The notes beneath the pieces are model-generated. The model did no database searches, was not told the DNA's origin, and saw only the letters and a program-made list of their open reading frames with translations. DNA of 63,205 bases, the filler included, from Olpidium bornovanus S191 (Eukaryota; Fungi; Olpidiomycota): the NCBI GenBank assembly GCA_017911155.1. It is 32 parts of 32 records of this genome, joined end to end, with 100 filler letters (N's around TTAATTAATTAA, not from the genome) between each part and the next. Parts side by side here need not be neighbours in the genome. Positions count along the whole stretch, not along the records: positions 11,606 to 12,955 come from JAEFCI010000785.1; positions 13,056 to 14,486 come from JAEFCI010005045.1; positions 14,587 to 16,647 come from JAEFCI010000814.1; positions 16,748 to 17,999 come from JAEFCI010010533.1; positions 18,100 to 19,263 come from JAEFCI010010731.1; positions 19,364 to 21,068 come from JAEFCI010011413.1; positions 21,169 to 22,791 come from JAEFCI010010947.1; positions 22,892 to 24,239 come from JAEFCI010010551.1; 24 more parts are not named here. One strand, 5' to 3'. Positions 12,352 through 24,339 of the stretch are shown here, in pieces (position 1 is the stretch's first letter; every line of letters starts with the position of its first letter). The position numbers and the translations under genes are program-made.

Positions 12352-12849
12352 ATGGCTTTGCCGCAGCGCTTCCCGGCGCGCGGCTGGCAGCCCGGAGCGG
12401 CTCTGGATCCCGAGGGACCGTGGGACGACGACGAGGAGGAGGAGCCCGGCGGCCCTGCCGAGGCGGCGGCGGCGGCGGCGTCGTCCCCGCCGGCGTACGC
12501 CGACGTGCTCCCCACGTACGAGCAGGCTGTTTGCTGCGGGCGGCGGTGCCCCAGGAGACCGGGACTGCTGCCGCTGGTCGTCCGCGGGTCGACGCGGCCG
12601 AAGGTCATCTCTGCGCGGAGGCCGGCGTCGGGGCGGTGCGTCTACTCGGGCTCCATCCCCCACGTCGGCGGCGGTGTCGCCGGCGGCGGCAACTTCGACA
12701 CTTCTCTTCCGCCGGTCCCGACCGCGCAGGCGGCCGCGCCGCCGCTGCGGAACAGGCTGGCCGCCCTCGCTCACGCCGCCAGGGTCGTTTTTTGGGCCGG
12801 CCGGGAACCCGGCGGCGGACTCCAGCCCGGGGTCGTCTCCTCCCGGTAA
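12352..12849 (+). CDS. Hypothetical protein with two PY motifs (PPAY, LPTY)
   Basis: ORF MALPQRF...DDDEEEE...SSPPAYADVLPTYEQAV... Start uncertain. Confidence 0.45.
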   Translation: MALPQRFPARGWQPGAALDPEGPWDDDEEEEPGGPAEAAAAAASSPPAYADVLPTYEQAVCCGRRCPRRPGLLPLVVRGSTRPKVISARRPASGRCVYSGSIPHVGGGVAGGGNFDTSLPPVPTAQAAAPPLRNRLAALAHAARVVFWAGREPGGGLQPGVVSSR

Positions 12850-12924
12850 TTGAACCTTTCCCGCCAGGACTTTTTTTCGACGCTCGGTTTCCCCCTGTAA
12901 TTATGACGAATGCTGGGACGCCCC

Positions 12925-12955
<31 letters not shown>

Positions 12956-13713
12956 NNNNNNNNNNNNNNNNNNNNNNNNNNNNNNNNNNNNNNNNNNNNT
13001 TAATTAATTAANNNNNNNNNNNNNNNNNNNNNNNNNNNNNNNNNNNNNNNNNNNNATACGCATGACCATACCTCGAACTTTGTGCGGCTGGCCGGCGGGG
13101 CAAAAAAAAAAAAAAAAAAAAAAAAAAAACCCCCGCCGGCCGTTCCTTCCGGCGGTTCCCCGCCTCCCGCTGGCCCCCGCCTCTTCCTCCGGCTTCCCTT
13201 TCCTCCGCCGTCGCCCACGCCGACGCGGGAGGAGGACGTGTTCGAGTCGGCGGGACACTGGCCGCAGGGAACCTGCCCAGCGACCGAACCGACAGAAATC
13301 TCCCTGCGAAACCCGCCACGGCCTTCCGCGTCACTGGCGCTGAAAGCGGATCCCGACCGCGTTCACTGGCGGCCCGGCGGAAGGGAGGGTGCCCTGTGTG
13401 TTCGCGCGTTCGCTCCCGGAAGCGCGCTGGGAGCTTCGCGTCGGGGGGCCGGCGATTGGTCTGTACATATACTAGAACCGCCGTGCTCGACGCTGTTGCC
13501 CGCGATACGACGTTTTTCAAGCCGGACACCCGCGCTCGGCCGAAGCAGGCTTCGCTCGTCACGTACTTGGCCGTGTGCCGCGTCCGTCGCAAGCGTCGAA
13601 AGATCTGAGCAAAAGTCCTGCTGACCCTGACCTGCCTAATTCGCAACATCGCCTGAGCCCGACGATTGCGTCGAACGGCGCGCAAATCTGCCTGCCCGCG
13701 ACCGCAGAAGGTG

Positions 13714-14473
13714 ATGGAGGAACCGCAATGCAACGGCTGCCGTGCTATTATTCATGAAGGCAACGTCGTCGCCTTTGGGGAAGGCATCTGGCATCTCGAC
13801 TGGTGGGTTATGAACTCACCACTTACGAATTTTTTTTTTGAGGTAATCCGGTTCGCGGACCATAATTTTTTTTTGTGCGCGGAACAGTTTCCGATGCCAG
13901 AAATGCAACGCTACGGTGAAGTGCGATTCAAACTTGGTCTTGCTGTCGAACGGCACCCCTGTCTGCGAGAACTGCAGCTGCCGATGCGCGTTCTGCGGAA
14001 AAGATATAGCGGGCGAGGCTTTCATGACAGGTATTGGCTCGTAGCCCCCGCAACGAACCGGTTGTCGTCGTGACGGCTGAATGGTATTGCGCACCGAAGG
14101 CGAAGACTCGTACCATGCCGACTGTTTTAGATGTTATCGCTGCGGCCCCCGCATTGAAAACCACGTATTCGCAAAGAACCCGCAGGTCGGCGGCCGTAGC
14201 CACGCCTACGTGGAAGATTTTTTTTTTTGTTCGTCCAAGCACGGGAAACTGACTTGTGTTTTCCAGGGAATATGTTGCATTGCCTGCCACGAGGAACGGA
14301 AGGAGAGTCAGCGGCGTCGTAGAGACCCTCCGAACGACGAGGGGAAATGTGCCGAGAAGAAGCTTCCATGCCTTCCACCAGGAGCGCTGGACGACTGCAC
14401 CCTTCGTGCGGTATGGAGCGGGATGCGGATAATTGGAGGATGCGAGCTCGGCCTTTGGAACTCGGTGCGCTGA
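13714..14473 (+). CDS. RGA1: Tandem LIM-domain N-terminus of an RGA1/RGA2-like Rho GAP, multi-exon, probably 3'-partial
   Basis: Spliced CNGCRAII...WHLDW/FRCQKC...LVLLSNGTPVCENCSCRCAFCGKDI...YHADCFRCYRC...GICCIACHE gives two LIM domains in the Rga1 pattern. The GAP domain is not visible. Confidence 0.72.
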
Positions 14474-16191
14474 CGAATTGGTCAAANNNNNNNNNNNNNN
14501 NNNNNNNNNNNNNNNNNNNNNNNNNNNNNNTTAATTAATTAANNNNNNNNNNNNNNNNNNNNNNNNNNNNNNNNNNNNNNNNNNNNGAGCTCCACACGAG
14601 TCTGCAGGACCTCCGAGAGCATAGTTCTCTCCCATAAGGACGGACGGCGGCCACACGGCGGAGCGGAGCTCCAGGGAGACCCCCACCGCCTTTTTATGCT
14701 GGCCATGATTAAGCTCGCCCCATTCGCCTCCATTTTTTGTTTAGACTTTTCGGAGCCGAAAAGTGGGGGGGGTGTCACGGCGCGCCCGTTATGGTGGCGT
14801 CAAACCCCTCTCAGGCTGCGTCAATGTTTTGCATTGCGCACAAAAAATGGGATTTGCGACTCCATTTGTCTTGTTTTCCTTTGCATTTCCCAGACATATA
14901 CAGCACTTTCTTGCTCTTTCTGCGCCACATTACCTGCCTTACATTCCATTCTTCTTTTCCGTACTGCCTTCGATCCAAGAGGGCAAGTCATGAATAAACG
15001 GGGGGAGAGGGGGGTAATCGTCTCATAGTCACCTGTATAAGAAAATTCCCCACGAACGAAATAAACACACAACTCAAAAACCGTCCTTTACCGTGACTGA
15101 AGCTATCAAAATGCTTGCGCGAAAGACAATGCGACAGCAATCCGATCGTTCCTCTTGTTGCTGGCGAGCGCTTTTCCAGGCGTGCACTGTGGATTCTGAA
15201 ATGCCGCAGGGAAGCTTATTTCGGTCCGGCGGAAATCCCCACTCGCCCAGGTGACTGTGCTCCGGCGAACCATTTCCAGGGTTTCCGGAAATGCCATAAT
15301 CGGCTCCACATTAGCATTTCCGCTCTGCGCAGTAGGCAGATATCTTGCGATGCTTGCGCGAACAAAGAATTGCATCTGATGCAGATACACTCCGGCGGTG
15401 AGATCGCCATTGCAACCGCACGCCGTTACTGCTTTCGTTCATTGGAAGTAAATACCTTGACGGTGCAAATTCTCCGCTATCAAAAATGCAAAAATCACTT
15501 TGCGAATTCTCTCGCAACGAACTGTCCGACCTACGGAGTCAAGTTCTGGGTATAGTGCAAAATTATGCTTAAACGAAATTCGCCCTTTCCTGTTTGCGCG
15601 ACGACAGGTATTGAATGCAATGCCAAACGTCTTTTTATCCAGAATAATCTTCCTACAGACAGTCTGTAAGCTGGTCTTCGCCGACAGGGATGTTCACGAT
15701 CACAACGAAAAAACGCCCGCGCCATCGGAGGCGGAAGAGCCGAAGTCTTAGGGAGGGTGCCACTGAAGCTGATTCCCCGCGTGTATGATAACCCGAACAG
15801 GCGGATTATCATTCCACTCAACCGCGCCAGGGGATCGTTCGCTGATCGCGGATATCAAAGAACAGTGCGCCGGCAGGACGCAAGTCCTATGAATATGGTC
15901 GTGCGACCGTGTCTGCTAAACTCGGCAGGGGAGGGCGCTCCAGTTTTGAAACCCATACGTTGCGGTTTTGTCCTACACCTTCCCTTCGGCCGGTTCCTTG
16001 TCACCGTTTTCGTTGTGTCCGCGTCCTTCCGCTTCCATTTTGTCATGTTGAGGCTGGAACAGGCCACGCTTCCGGCGGGGCAAGACGATCTGCGACTGGC
16101 GTACACGTTCGACCACAATTTCGCCAACTCTGATTTTTCGACGTCATTTTTCCAACTTTCCAATATTCGAGCTTTCCGTTTTGTTCTTCCG

Positions 16192-16647
16192 TCATCGCCG
16201 GCCTCTGGTCGCCGACGCATGCCCGCCTTTCGTTCCGCCGCGATATCCTGCTAGGTAGACAGCAGCAAGGGAATGAGCCCGGCGAGAACCGTTCCGTTGA
16301 CGCTTGATCTTTGCAAGGACAGACTCGTGTGCTGCTTCACGTCCGAATACCATCTCCCCCACTACCCTCCCGCAGCTCGGCGCCCGCCCTCCTGCCCTCT
16401 CCCCTCCAATAAAAACCTACCGCCTCTTGGCGTCCCGCCCCTGCCCCCGGCGCCCGGCCCACCTCCCCGCGCGCCGCCGCGCCCGCGGGTGCTTTGCGCG
16501 CGCGCCCTTGCGACGTCCTCCTTGACCATGTCAATAACCTGAACAAAAGTTTGTCAGTGACGACTCCTGTTTGCGAAGGGCATATGCGCTCGAAAGCCGA
16601 CGGCACCTGCTCTGGGAGGCGCAGGTACTTGACCGAACTACCGCGGA
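16192..16647 (-). CDS. LSM4: U6 snRNA-associated Sm-like protein LSm4, 5'-partial. Exons 16607-16647, 16421-16538, 16192-16247
   Basis: RGSSVKYLRLPEQ/VIDMVKED followed by an RG-rich tail ending GYRGGTKGGHASATRGRR*. In-frame GT-AG junctions. Confidence 0.88.
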
Positions 16648-18145
16648 NNNNNNNNNNNNNNNNNNNNNNNNNNNNNNNNNNNNNNNNNNNNTTAATTAAT
16701 TAANNNNNNNNNNNNNNNNNNNNNNNNNNNNNNNNNNNNNNNNNNNNAAAAATTTGTCTATCAAAAATGATCTTTTTGCAAAATCAACCTCTTTTGACTG
16801 GTAGAGCCCGTTCCTCGCCCGCGAGGTCGCGGGCGCGGTTGCGGTGATTCCTCTCCCGCGCAGTCATGGTTCCCACACGGGGCTCCGCGTTCGCGCGGTT
16901 GCGCGCGGGGGCAGTCTCTTTTGTGGTTCGGGAGGCGTGGTTGGCGGTGGGGTACCGCGCGCGGCGTTGCTACTGGAGTGGGGCTATCCTATTGGTCGGG
17001 CCACGGTCCACGTGACCGTCCCGTCTCCGCCTCCGAGTCCTCCCGCCGCCGCGCCCTCCTTGGCGTCCTCCGTGGCGGCCCTGGGGCGGTCGGGGTCGTG
17101 GACTGTGCCACAGCACAGGAGACAGCTACGGGGAGGATAGTGCCGTGGATCAGGACCTCCTCAATCAGCGGCTACAGGACGTCACCGAGCCACAGCTGAG
17201 CACAAAACTGAAAGCTGGCAAAGCTGGCAGTCATTTGCGAAACGGGCGTACACAGGTATTTAGAACCAGACGTTCTGCTAGTATTCTTCTGAGAAGAGGT
17301 TGCTGACTTCCTTTCTTTGCACATATTGCAGGCACATCGCGCACATCTGATTGGCGCAAGCGGAATGCGGAAGGAGAGATGGCACAGCATGCCAAATCTT
17401 ACCAGCGGATTGACCAGGATGTTCCAACATCATACGCAAATGGCCTTGACGCACACCAAGCTGAAGACGCTGAAAGGAAGTTGCGTGCTGAAAAGAAGTT
17501 CAAGTCCCGTCGCCGCATCCGCCAGGACGATTAGGTAGCCCTCCGTGCAGTAACTAAGTCAAATTAATCAATTTATCAATATCTTTGTCAATATATCTTT
17601 TTTCATGGTATACTTGGGGGAAATTTGACGTTTCAAATTCGGTCCGCCGCCATACAAAATGATCGCTGGTCGCCGACTTCAACGTCTCTCTACTCCGTCA
17701 AAACTTCACCGATCTGAGATCTGTTTTATACAATCTCTCCAGGACAAACAGCTCTTCAATTCCTATAGAAAAGAATCCAGACGTCTCTCTTTTCTGGTGA
17801 GGAGTAGCGGTTGCCGTTCGGGTCCAAAAATGTTGAGTCTAAGCTTGGCGCACCATATGTCCGGATAACAAGGATTTTTGTGAATGTCGACCTCGGTATC
17901 CTGTTTTTGTGATCACAAAACCTCCGGGCCCGACCTGACCAGGGGCTATGTACTGCCGCCCCGCGCCCCCCCCTCCGCCCCTTCCCCCCTCCGGCCCGCN
18001 NNNNNNNNNNNNNNNNNNNNNNNNNNNNNNNNNNNNNNNNNNNTTAATTAATTAANNNNNNNNNNNNNNNNNNNNNNNNNNNNNNNNNNNNNNNNNNNNA
18101 ACCCCCCCCCCCCCCCCCCCCCCTCGCAGACACGAACGCCTAACC

Positions 18146-18443
18146 TTTATCGACGGAAGGGTCCGGGACGTGCGTCGCGTGTTTTTCGATGTGGAGAAGG
18201 CTTTTGCAGCCGACAACGGCGACCATGCTCCTCAGGACCTCCTCCCGCGGTTGTTTGCTGGCGGTTTCAGGAGGATGCGCGGCGGCGCGTGCCAGGTCCT
18301 GCTGGCTTTTGCTCAGGTCGGGGAACAGGAGCTTCAGGCCGTCGACGCCAAGCTCTTTGTAGACATCGGCTGGCGGGAGGGCATTCGGGGCATCTAGCTT
18401 ATTGGCGACGCTGCGCACGAACGTGGGGGAGGGCGAGGCCGTT

Positions 18444-18479
<36 letters not shown>

Positions 18480-19262
18480 GCGTCAGATCTCTTTTGTCGG
18501 CAGCTTTCGATATGACAAAATTTCACACGACGCCAGCAGGCGCAATCGACGCCGGACGATCTGCGCACATGATAAGGGGCTTGCCAAATAACCTCTGGTC
18601 ACCGTATATGTCGTGCAGAGCTTGCCTGGCCTCCGGGAGGCGAGTCCGGTTAGCTGCATCCACCATGTAGACGACGGCGTGCACCTGTCGGTCGAAATCA
18701 AATCTTTGCTCAGGCGTTCTGATTCTACCTCCAAAGTCTCCCTTTCAGCATCCCCCTTAGTCCTGTAAGGACGCTTACTTCGGCGATGTAGTTGACCCAG
18801 ATCCCGCGAATGCGTGAGTGCCCGCCCAAGTCGTACAGAGTCATCACTTCGCCGTTTGGTCCGTCGACGTTACAGCTCGTGAATCCCCAGGTGGTCTGCG
18901 TTTGCTCCGCAGGCGCTGCAGATCGACGTGCCCGAAATTTTTTTTTTAAACAGGGAATTCAAAGAATGCGCTCGCTGCCGCGCCGGGGCCCCGCCCCGAC
19001 TGGCGGTTCGCAACGCACCTCTGGTGACCCTCGAAATAAACGTGGTCTTTCCGGAATCGTCGATCCCGAGCACGGCGATTTTGAACTTGAAGGCCTCCGG
19101 GAAAACGGTTCGTTTGCTCTTTTGGCTTTTCACGGGTCGAAGGACCTTAGAAACGAAGCCCTTTTTTGCCGGCTTCGCTCCGCCCGCCGACTTCGCACCC
19201 GCCGGCGCCGCTGCGTCGCCGACCCTTTTTTCGGAACGGCGCTTCCCGCGGCACAAGGACAT
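18146..19262 (-). CDS. ARL13B: ARL13B-like ciliary ARF-family GTPase, 3'-partial
   Basis: GIDDSGKTT, TWGF, LYDLGGHSRIRGIWVNYIAE, VVYMVDAA, FGKPLIIVANKLD...PDPSVDK. DLGG without the catalytic Gln and the RIRGIW motif are ARL13 features. Confidence 0.8.
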
Positions 19263-20431
19263 GNNNNNNNNNNNNNNNNNNNNNNNNNNNNNNNNNNNNN
19301 NNNNNNNTTAATTAATTAANNNNNNNNNNNNNNNNNNNNNNNNNNNNNNNNNNNNNNNNNNNNCCCCCCCCCCCCCCCCCGCAAAACGACCTTGGCGCGT
19401 GGGGGGGGTGGGGGGGACATTACCTCTCGAAACGAAAGGCGATCCGCGACCCGCGTGATTATTTTTTTTTTTTTTGCTTCGTTTTGTTCCTGAAGAAGTG
19501 GTTAAACGACATCATGTGTGCGCAGATCTGTGCTGCTAATTATCACGGACGTGGGAAAGTGAGGGCGCCGGTTCCGCTGGGGAAAGCTCACACGTTGTTT
19601 GAAATAGAGATAGTCACTTGGTTGTTGAGGACTGCATTCGTTATGGTCATGGCCATGTTCACCGGTGTTGCGCATGTAGGGCGCGTTGCTCCCTGCGACC
19701 CCCCCCCCCCCGCTCCTGTAAAGTAAGAAAGCGGAGTGGCGGTCAGAGGCTGAGTGGAACGCAGTGGGGCAAAGAGAAAAACGGTGCTTGAAGAGCGTCG
19801 ATGCGTAGGCGAAGTTGAGTGGCATCGGCGCGGTTGTGGGGGATGGCCGGGGGCCACCGCACGGTTTGAGAGCGCAGTTGAGAGAGCGCGGGCGCGGGCG
19901 CGCGCGCGCCGCCGCCGCCGCCGCCGCCGCCGCCGGGCGAGAACGCCGTTTTGCGAGCATGCGCCGAGCGGGTCCGCGAGAGGAGTTGGGCCGCGAGGGT
20001 TTTGACGGGTCTAGAGGCTGATGGGCGCGCGGTTTTTTTTTTTTTTTTGGCTTTTGAGAATGTTTGAGACTGTCCCGTCGTCGCGCGGGGGGGGGGGGGA
20101 TTTGCGAGGAGTGCCGCCGGCGCGCGCGGCGAGGCCGGTTGAGAAAGACGACGGCGGCGGCGGCGGCCGGGAAGGCGACGGCGGGAGTTTGGGGTGATTG
20201 ACGCCGCGGAACGGTGCAGGCCGGGGACGACGGCGCGAGAGACACCGGGGGAAAGGTCTCGCCGACGTTGGCGCCGGGGTTGGTGGGGTGACCAGGGTGT
20301 TTGTGTGTGTGACCACGCGCGAGACGGCGCGAGCCTGTCGGGGAAATGACGGCGGCGCGAGGCGATGATAACACCGGCGCAAGGCCGCACAGACAATAAC
20401 GCGGCCTGTTCTCGAAGAAGAGGCACAGCCC

Positions 20432-20479
20432 CGAGAGAGAGATGGAGAGAGCGAGAGAGAGAGAGCGAGAAAGCAGAGG

Positions 20480-20537
<58 letters not shown>

Positions 20538-20555
20538 CAAAGAGAAGAGAGAGAG
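20432..20555. repeat. Imperfect (GA)n simple repeat
   Basis: Long, interrupted GA dinucleotide tract. Confidence 0.9.
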
Positions 20556-20699
20556 TTCCGCGCGTGCGCGTGCGCGGAATGTGCGCGTGCCCCCCTCTCC
20601 TCGACGGTCCGGAGATCGAGAAAAAGAACCGGACATCCGAGTCCCGCGGGCGCGCGCCGGTCTCTCTCTCCTTCCGCGCCTGCCCACCCCACCCCCCCG

Positions 20700-20826
20700 T
20701 TGGAGGGCGCGGTGGTCTGTCTGCGCCACGAAGTGCTTTCCCTCCAAATACGGGCGTCCAATCCGAAGCATTTTAACAAGGGCAAGGAGCTCCTGTTCGT
20801 ACGCGGAATAGTTTCGCTCTCGGTCG
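20700..20826 (-). mobile_element. Isolated Ty3/Gypsy RNase H-like fragment
   Basis: ERNYSAYEQELLALVKMLRIGRPYLEGKHFVAQTDHRAL is the Gypsy RNase H signature, stranded among simple repeats. Confidence 0.85.
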
Positions 20827-21168
20827 CCCGCCCCGAGGGCAAAAACCACCACCCCCACACACACACACACACAAAAAAAAAAGGGTGTTGGAAAAAAAAA
20901 AAAAAAAGGGGGTTGGAAAAAAAAAAAAAAAAACCGCGCAGTGCAGTCCCCGCCGTCCGCCGTCCGCCGTCCGTCCTCCGTCCTTGGTCCTCCATTGCGC
21001 ACTCGTCTTCCTTTATCTCCTTTGGTTCCCACGTCCGTTGTTCACAAGCGCCCCCCCCTCCCCGGCAANNNNNNNNNNNNNNNNNNNNNNNNNNNNNNNN
21101 NNNNNNNNNNNNTTAATTAATTAANNNNNNNNNNNNNNNNNNNNNNNNNNNNNNNNNNNNNNNNNNNN

Positions 21169-22472
21169 AGCGCGGCCGCCACCGTGGTGATTAGAATGTC
21201 AACCGGCTTCGACAAAATCTGGCGGATGGTCCGCGGCGCCGTGTCGGACACGATTCCGCGGACGGTGAAGTCGACGACGCGCGACATGTCCTTAGCCGTC
21301 TCGAGTACCTGCAGCACCAGCTCCCGAGTCGGCACGACGATGATGGCTCGCGGCCTTTTGGGCCTCCGGAGGACTGGCGGCGGCCGCAGCGCCGCTAACA
21401 CGTTCGCGACAGTCGCAGATGCGCCCAGAGGCGAGGCGGCGACGGGCCCACCCGTTCGCAAGGCGACCGCAACTTGCGGGTCGCTGGCCGACTTCTTCGC
21501 AGCCTCCTCCTCCGCCTTCAGCTTCTGTATGACTGGCACCAGGTACGCGAGGGTCTTTCCGGTGCCTGTTTCCGCCGCAAGCACGATGTGCCGGTTGTCT
21601 CCCAAGATGGCGGGAATCGCGAGCGCCTGGACCGGAGTCGGCTTCAGCACGACAGAGGAAGCCGCCTTTTCCGCCAGCCCCTTTTTGTCCGCTTCGCTGA
21701 CGACCGCGTTCCGGTTTTTGTTCAATAGAATTGCGTACCGCGCCGCAACGTACACCTCCTGCGTCAGGCCCATGGCCTCCAACCGCGCTTTCGCTATCAT
21801 CTCTGTTTTCTCCTCCTTAGCGGGGTCCTCCTTCGTTGCCCTCATGACAAACACGCCCTGGCGCGCCTTGTGGGCTTCTTTGCCCTTCACCTTCACGACC
21901 ACTGGCACGCCCTGCGCAAGGGGATTATCCGAAAGTTCGCACTGCCTGTACTTGATTTTGGAGAACCGTTCGAAGTACGGGGGCGGGTTGACAACACGGA
22001 TCCTCGACACCAGCTTATAGTTCCGCAGCACCGACTTCCCGGGCTCGTTATCCTGGTTGAGCATAATGCGCAACTCCTCCGGGAGCGGCTTCTGCCAGGC
22101 CTGGTACACCAGTTTTTTCTGCAGCTTCGCCGAAACCCTACTCGAAACCCGCCTCCTCAGGGCTGACGCGACAACGGTCGTGGCGAACCCGCGACGGGCG
22201 AGCCGCAGCGCCGGCAGGAGTGACCCAGGGACAGACGGGGTGGCGACGCCGGAGGGTCCCGTTTTCAACGGCCGCTTCCAGCCCGGTGTCCGCCGCGGCC
22301 GCAACCTGGCGTCGCGCGGCGCAGCGGGCGCCGCCGGGCCGGAGCCGCGGCGGGCGCAGAGGAAAAAGAGCCGGCGCCGGCCGAGGTGCGCCGTGACCGG
22401 AGCCGGGGCGGACACGGCTGCGGCGGCGGTTGCGGCGGCAAGGGCGCTGCAGAGAGCGCTCCGGCGCGCCAT
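21169..22472 (-). CDS. MRH4: Mitochondrial DEAD-box RNA helicase (MRH4/DDX28-like), 3'-partial
   Basis: Arg/Ala-rich presequence-like N-terminus, Q motif PTPVQALAIP, motif I AETGTGKT, motif Ia PTREL. Confidence 0.7.
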
Positions 22473-22717
22473 GGCGCAGAGAACCGTTCACCCGGATATG
22501 GGAAACGAAAAAAAGGAGGAGGGGGGGCGGCGGGCGAGCGCGGCCTTGTCGCGGTTGTCCTCCGCGTTTGCGCCGGGGGGGTGGGGGGAAGGGCCGCCGG
22601 CGGAGCGGAGCCGGCAGCTTTTGGAGCGGGCGGGCGGGCAAGCGGAGGGCCATAATTTTATCTTGTTGCGTTTTTTTTTTTGTATTTTTTTTTTTATTTT
22701 CCGGGCCGGCTAACCCT

Positions 22718-22769
<52 letters not shown>

Positions 22770-23379
22770 CGCGGGGCGGGGGGGGGGCGGGNNNNNNNNN
22801 NNNNNNNNNNNNNNNNNNNNNNNNNNNNNNNNNNNTTAATTAATTAANNNNNNNNNNNNNNNNNNNNNNNNNNNNNNNNNNNNNNNNNNNNAAATTCTCT
22901 CTTAGGGGGCGGAATCTTATGGCGAAAAGGAGGCAGTTTTTCCGCACCATAACAAAGCAACGGCGCCTCAAAGGCTATCCCAGAACCAAAAATATTCCAA
23001 GAAAACGGCAGGTTCAACTTCGCAAGGACTGAAGGTAATCTTTGGACGCAATTGTCTAGGAGACTGACATGGGAGATGGGCACGCATCAGCCTTCTCCGC
23101 GTTCAGCCTCGAACACCCTATGCCTGCAGTTTCTCGAGCAGCTCCCTGTTTTCCGCGAGATCTACATGTCCCTCAAAGCAAAATCTTGCGTCCCGGTCTC
23201 CTCAAGTCGATATTTGCGGAGATCACAAATCAGGCCCGCCGCTGAACGTTAATAAATTGGTATCGAGACTACGTGGATTTATTGGCTGAACAACCCATCA
23301 GCAACCGGGGGAGGAGGAGGAAGGAGAGGGCAGGGGGTTATCGGGCGTTTCAGGCACGTTCTTCGCCCGTCATCCGATG

Positions 23380-24000
23380 TCAGTCTCGTCCCACGCCCGC
23401 CGGGCCGTCGTTCTCCTCGCCGAGGTCTTCCATCTGACTCGCCCGCCTGTCGTCCACCTTCGCATCGGACAGCCAGTCCGGCGGCTCGTCGTACCCGAAC
23501 CCGCGCTCGACCGGCGGCAGCGCGTCTATTGCCGGGGACTGTTGCCTGATCGAAAGAGCGTCCGCGGAGAGCTGGTACACGCACGGCGCGACGTGCTGGA
23601 GATGCCGCGCTTCGAAGCGGATCATCATGTTGTAATAGAGGATCCAGAAGTTCATGATGAATGCTGGCCCGAGAAGAGTTTCGGGGCGGACCAGGGAGGG
23701 GGTGCGAATATCGAGCGATATTGAGGAACGGACGTAGCCGGATGTGACGCCGAGTGCGCCGCGGGTGGTCTTGAAATCCCCTCACGCTCACCCCGCGATC
23801 CGGCCAGCAGCGCCATCATCCTGAAGGACATCTTAATGTCAAGGTAGTCCGCGACTCCCAACTCGCAAGCGATGCGCGCGAGAGTCTCGAGTTCTGCGAG
23901 GTCGAACCGGCGCCTCTCCTTCGTGCGGAGCGCGGGGAGCTCAAGCATCCTTTTTGTAACGGGAAGTATTTCGCTTTTTTTCTTTCCCGTGTAACGCCGC
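23380..24000 (-). CDS. Hypothetical protein, last two exons (5'-partial)
   Basis: In-frame splice GTGAGC...CCAG joins ...RIACELGVADYLDIKMSFRMMALLAGSR to AFIMNFWILYYNMMIRFEARHL...GVGRD*. Family not recognised. Confidence 0.45.
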
Positions 24001-24339
24001 AAACGAAGGCAAGAAGCGGGGGACTTCCGGACCTTGCTCTCTGTTTCACAAGCGGGTGCGAAAGTACCGGACAGCGCCCCTGAGGAGGGAGTCGGGGATT
24101 CTGTCGAAACGATTTTGCGGCAAGGGGGCGGGGGGGGGGCGGGGGCAGGCGGGGGGGGGGTATGGTTGGCGGGGGGTCCCACGGGGGGCGCTGGGGGGGG
24201 GAGGGGGCAAGGGGGGGGCCCTTCGGTTGGGGGGCTTGGNNNNNNNNNNNNNNNNNNNNNNNNNNNNNNNNNNNNNNNNNNNNTTAATTAATTAANNNNN
24301 NNNNNNNNNNNNNNNNNNNNNNNNNNNNNNNNNNNNNNN

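Noticed and set aside
16816-16835. 9-bp GC-rich inverted repeat CGCCCGCGA-GG-TCGCGGGCG
   Set aside because: Short and GC-rich enough to be expected by chance in this composition.
17100-17534. Possible two-exon gene end with a GT-AG intron (about 17256-17331)
   Set aside because: Two reading frames are equally plausible and neither gives a recognisable protein.
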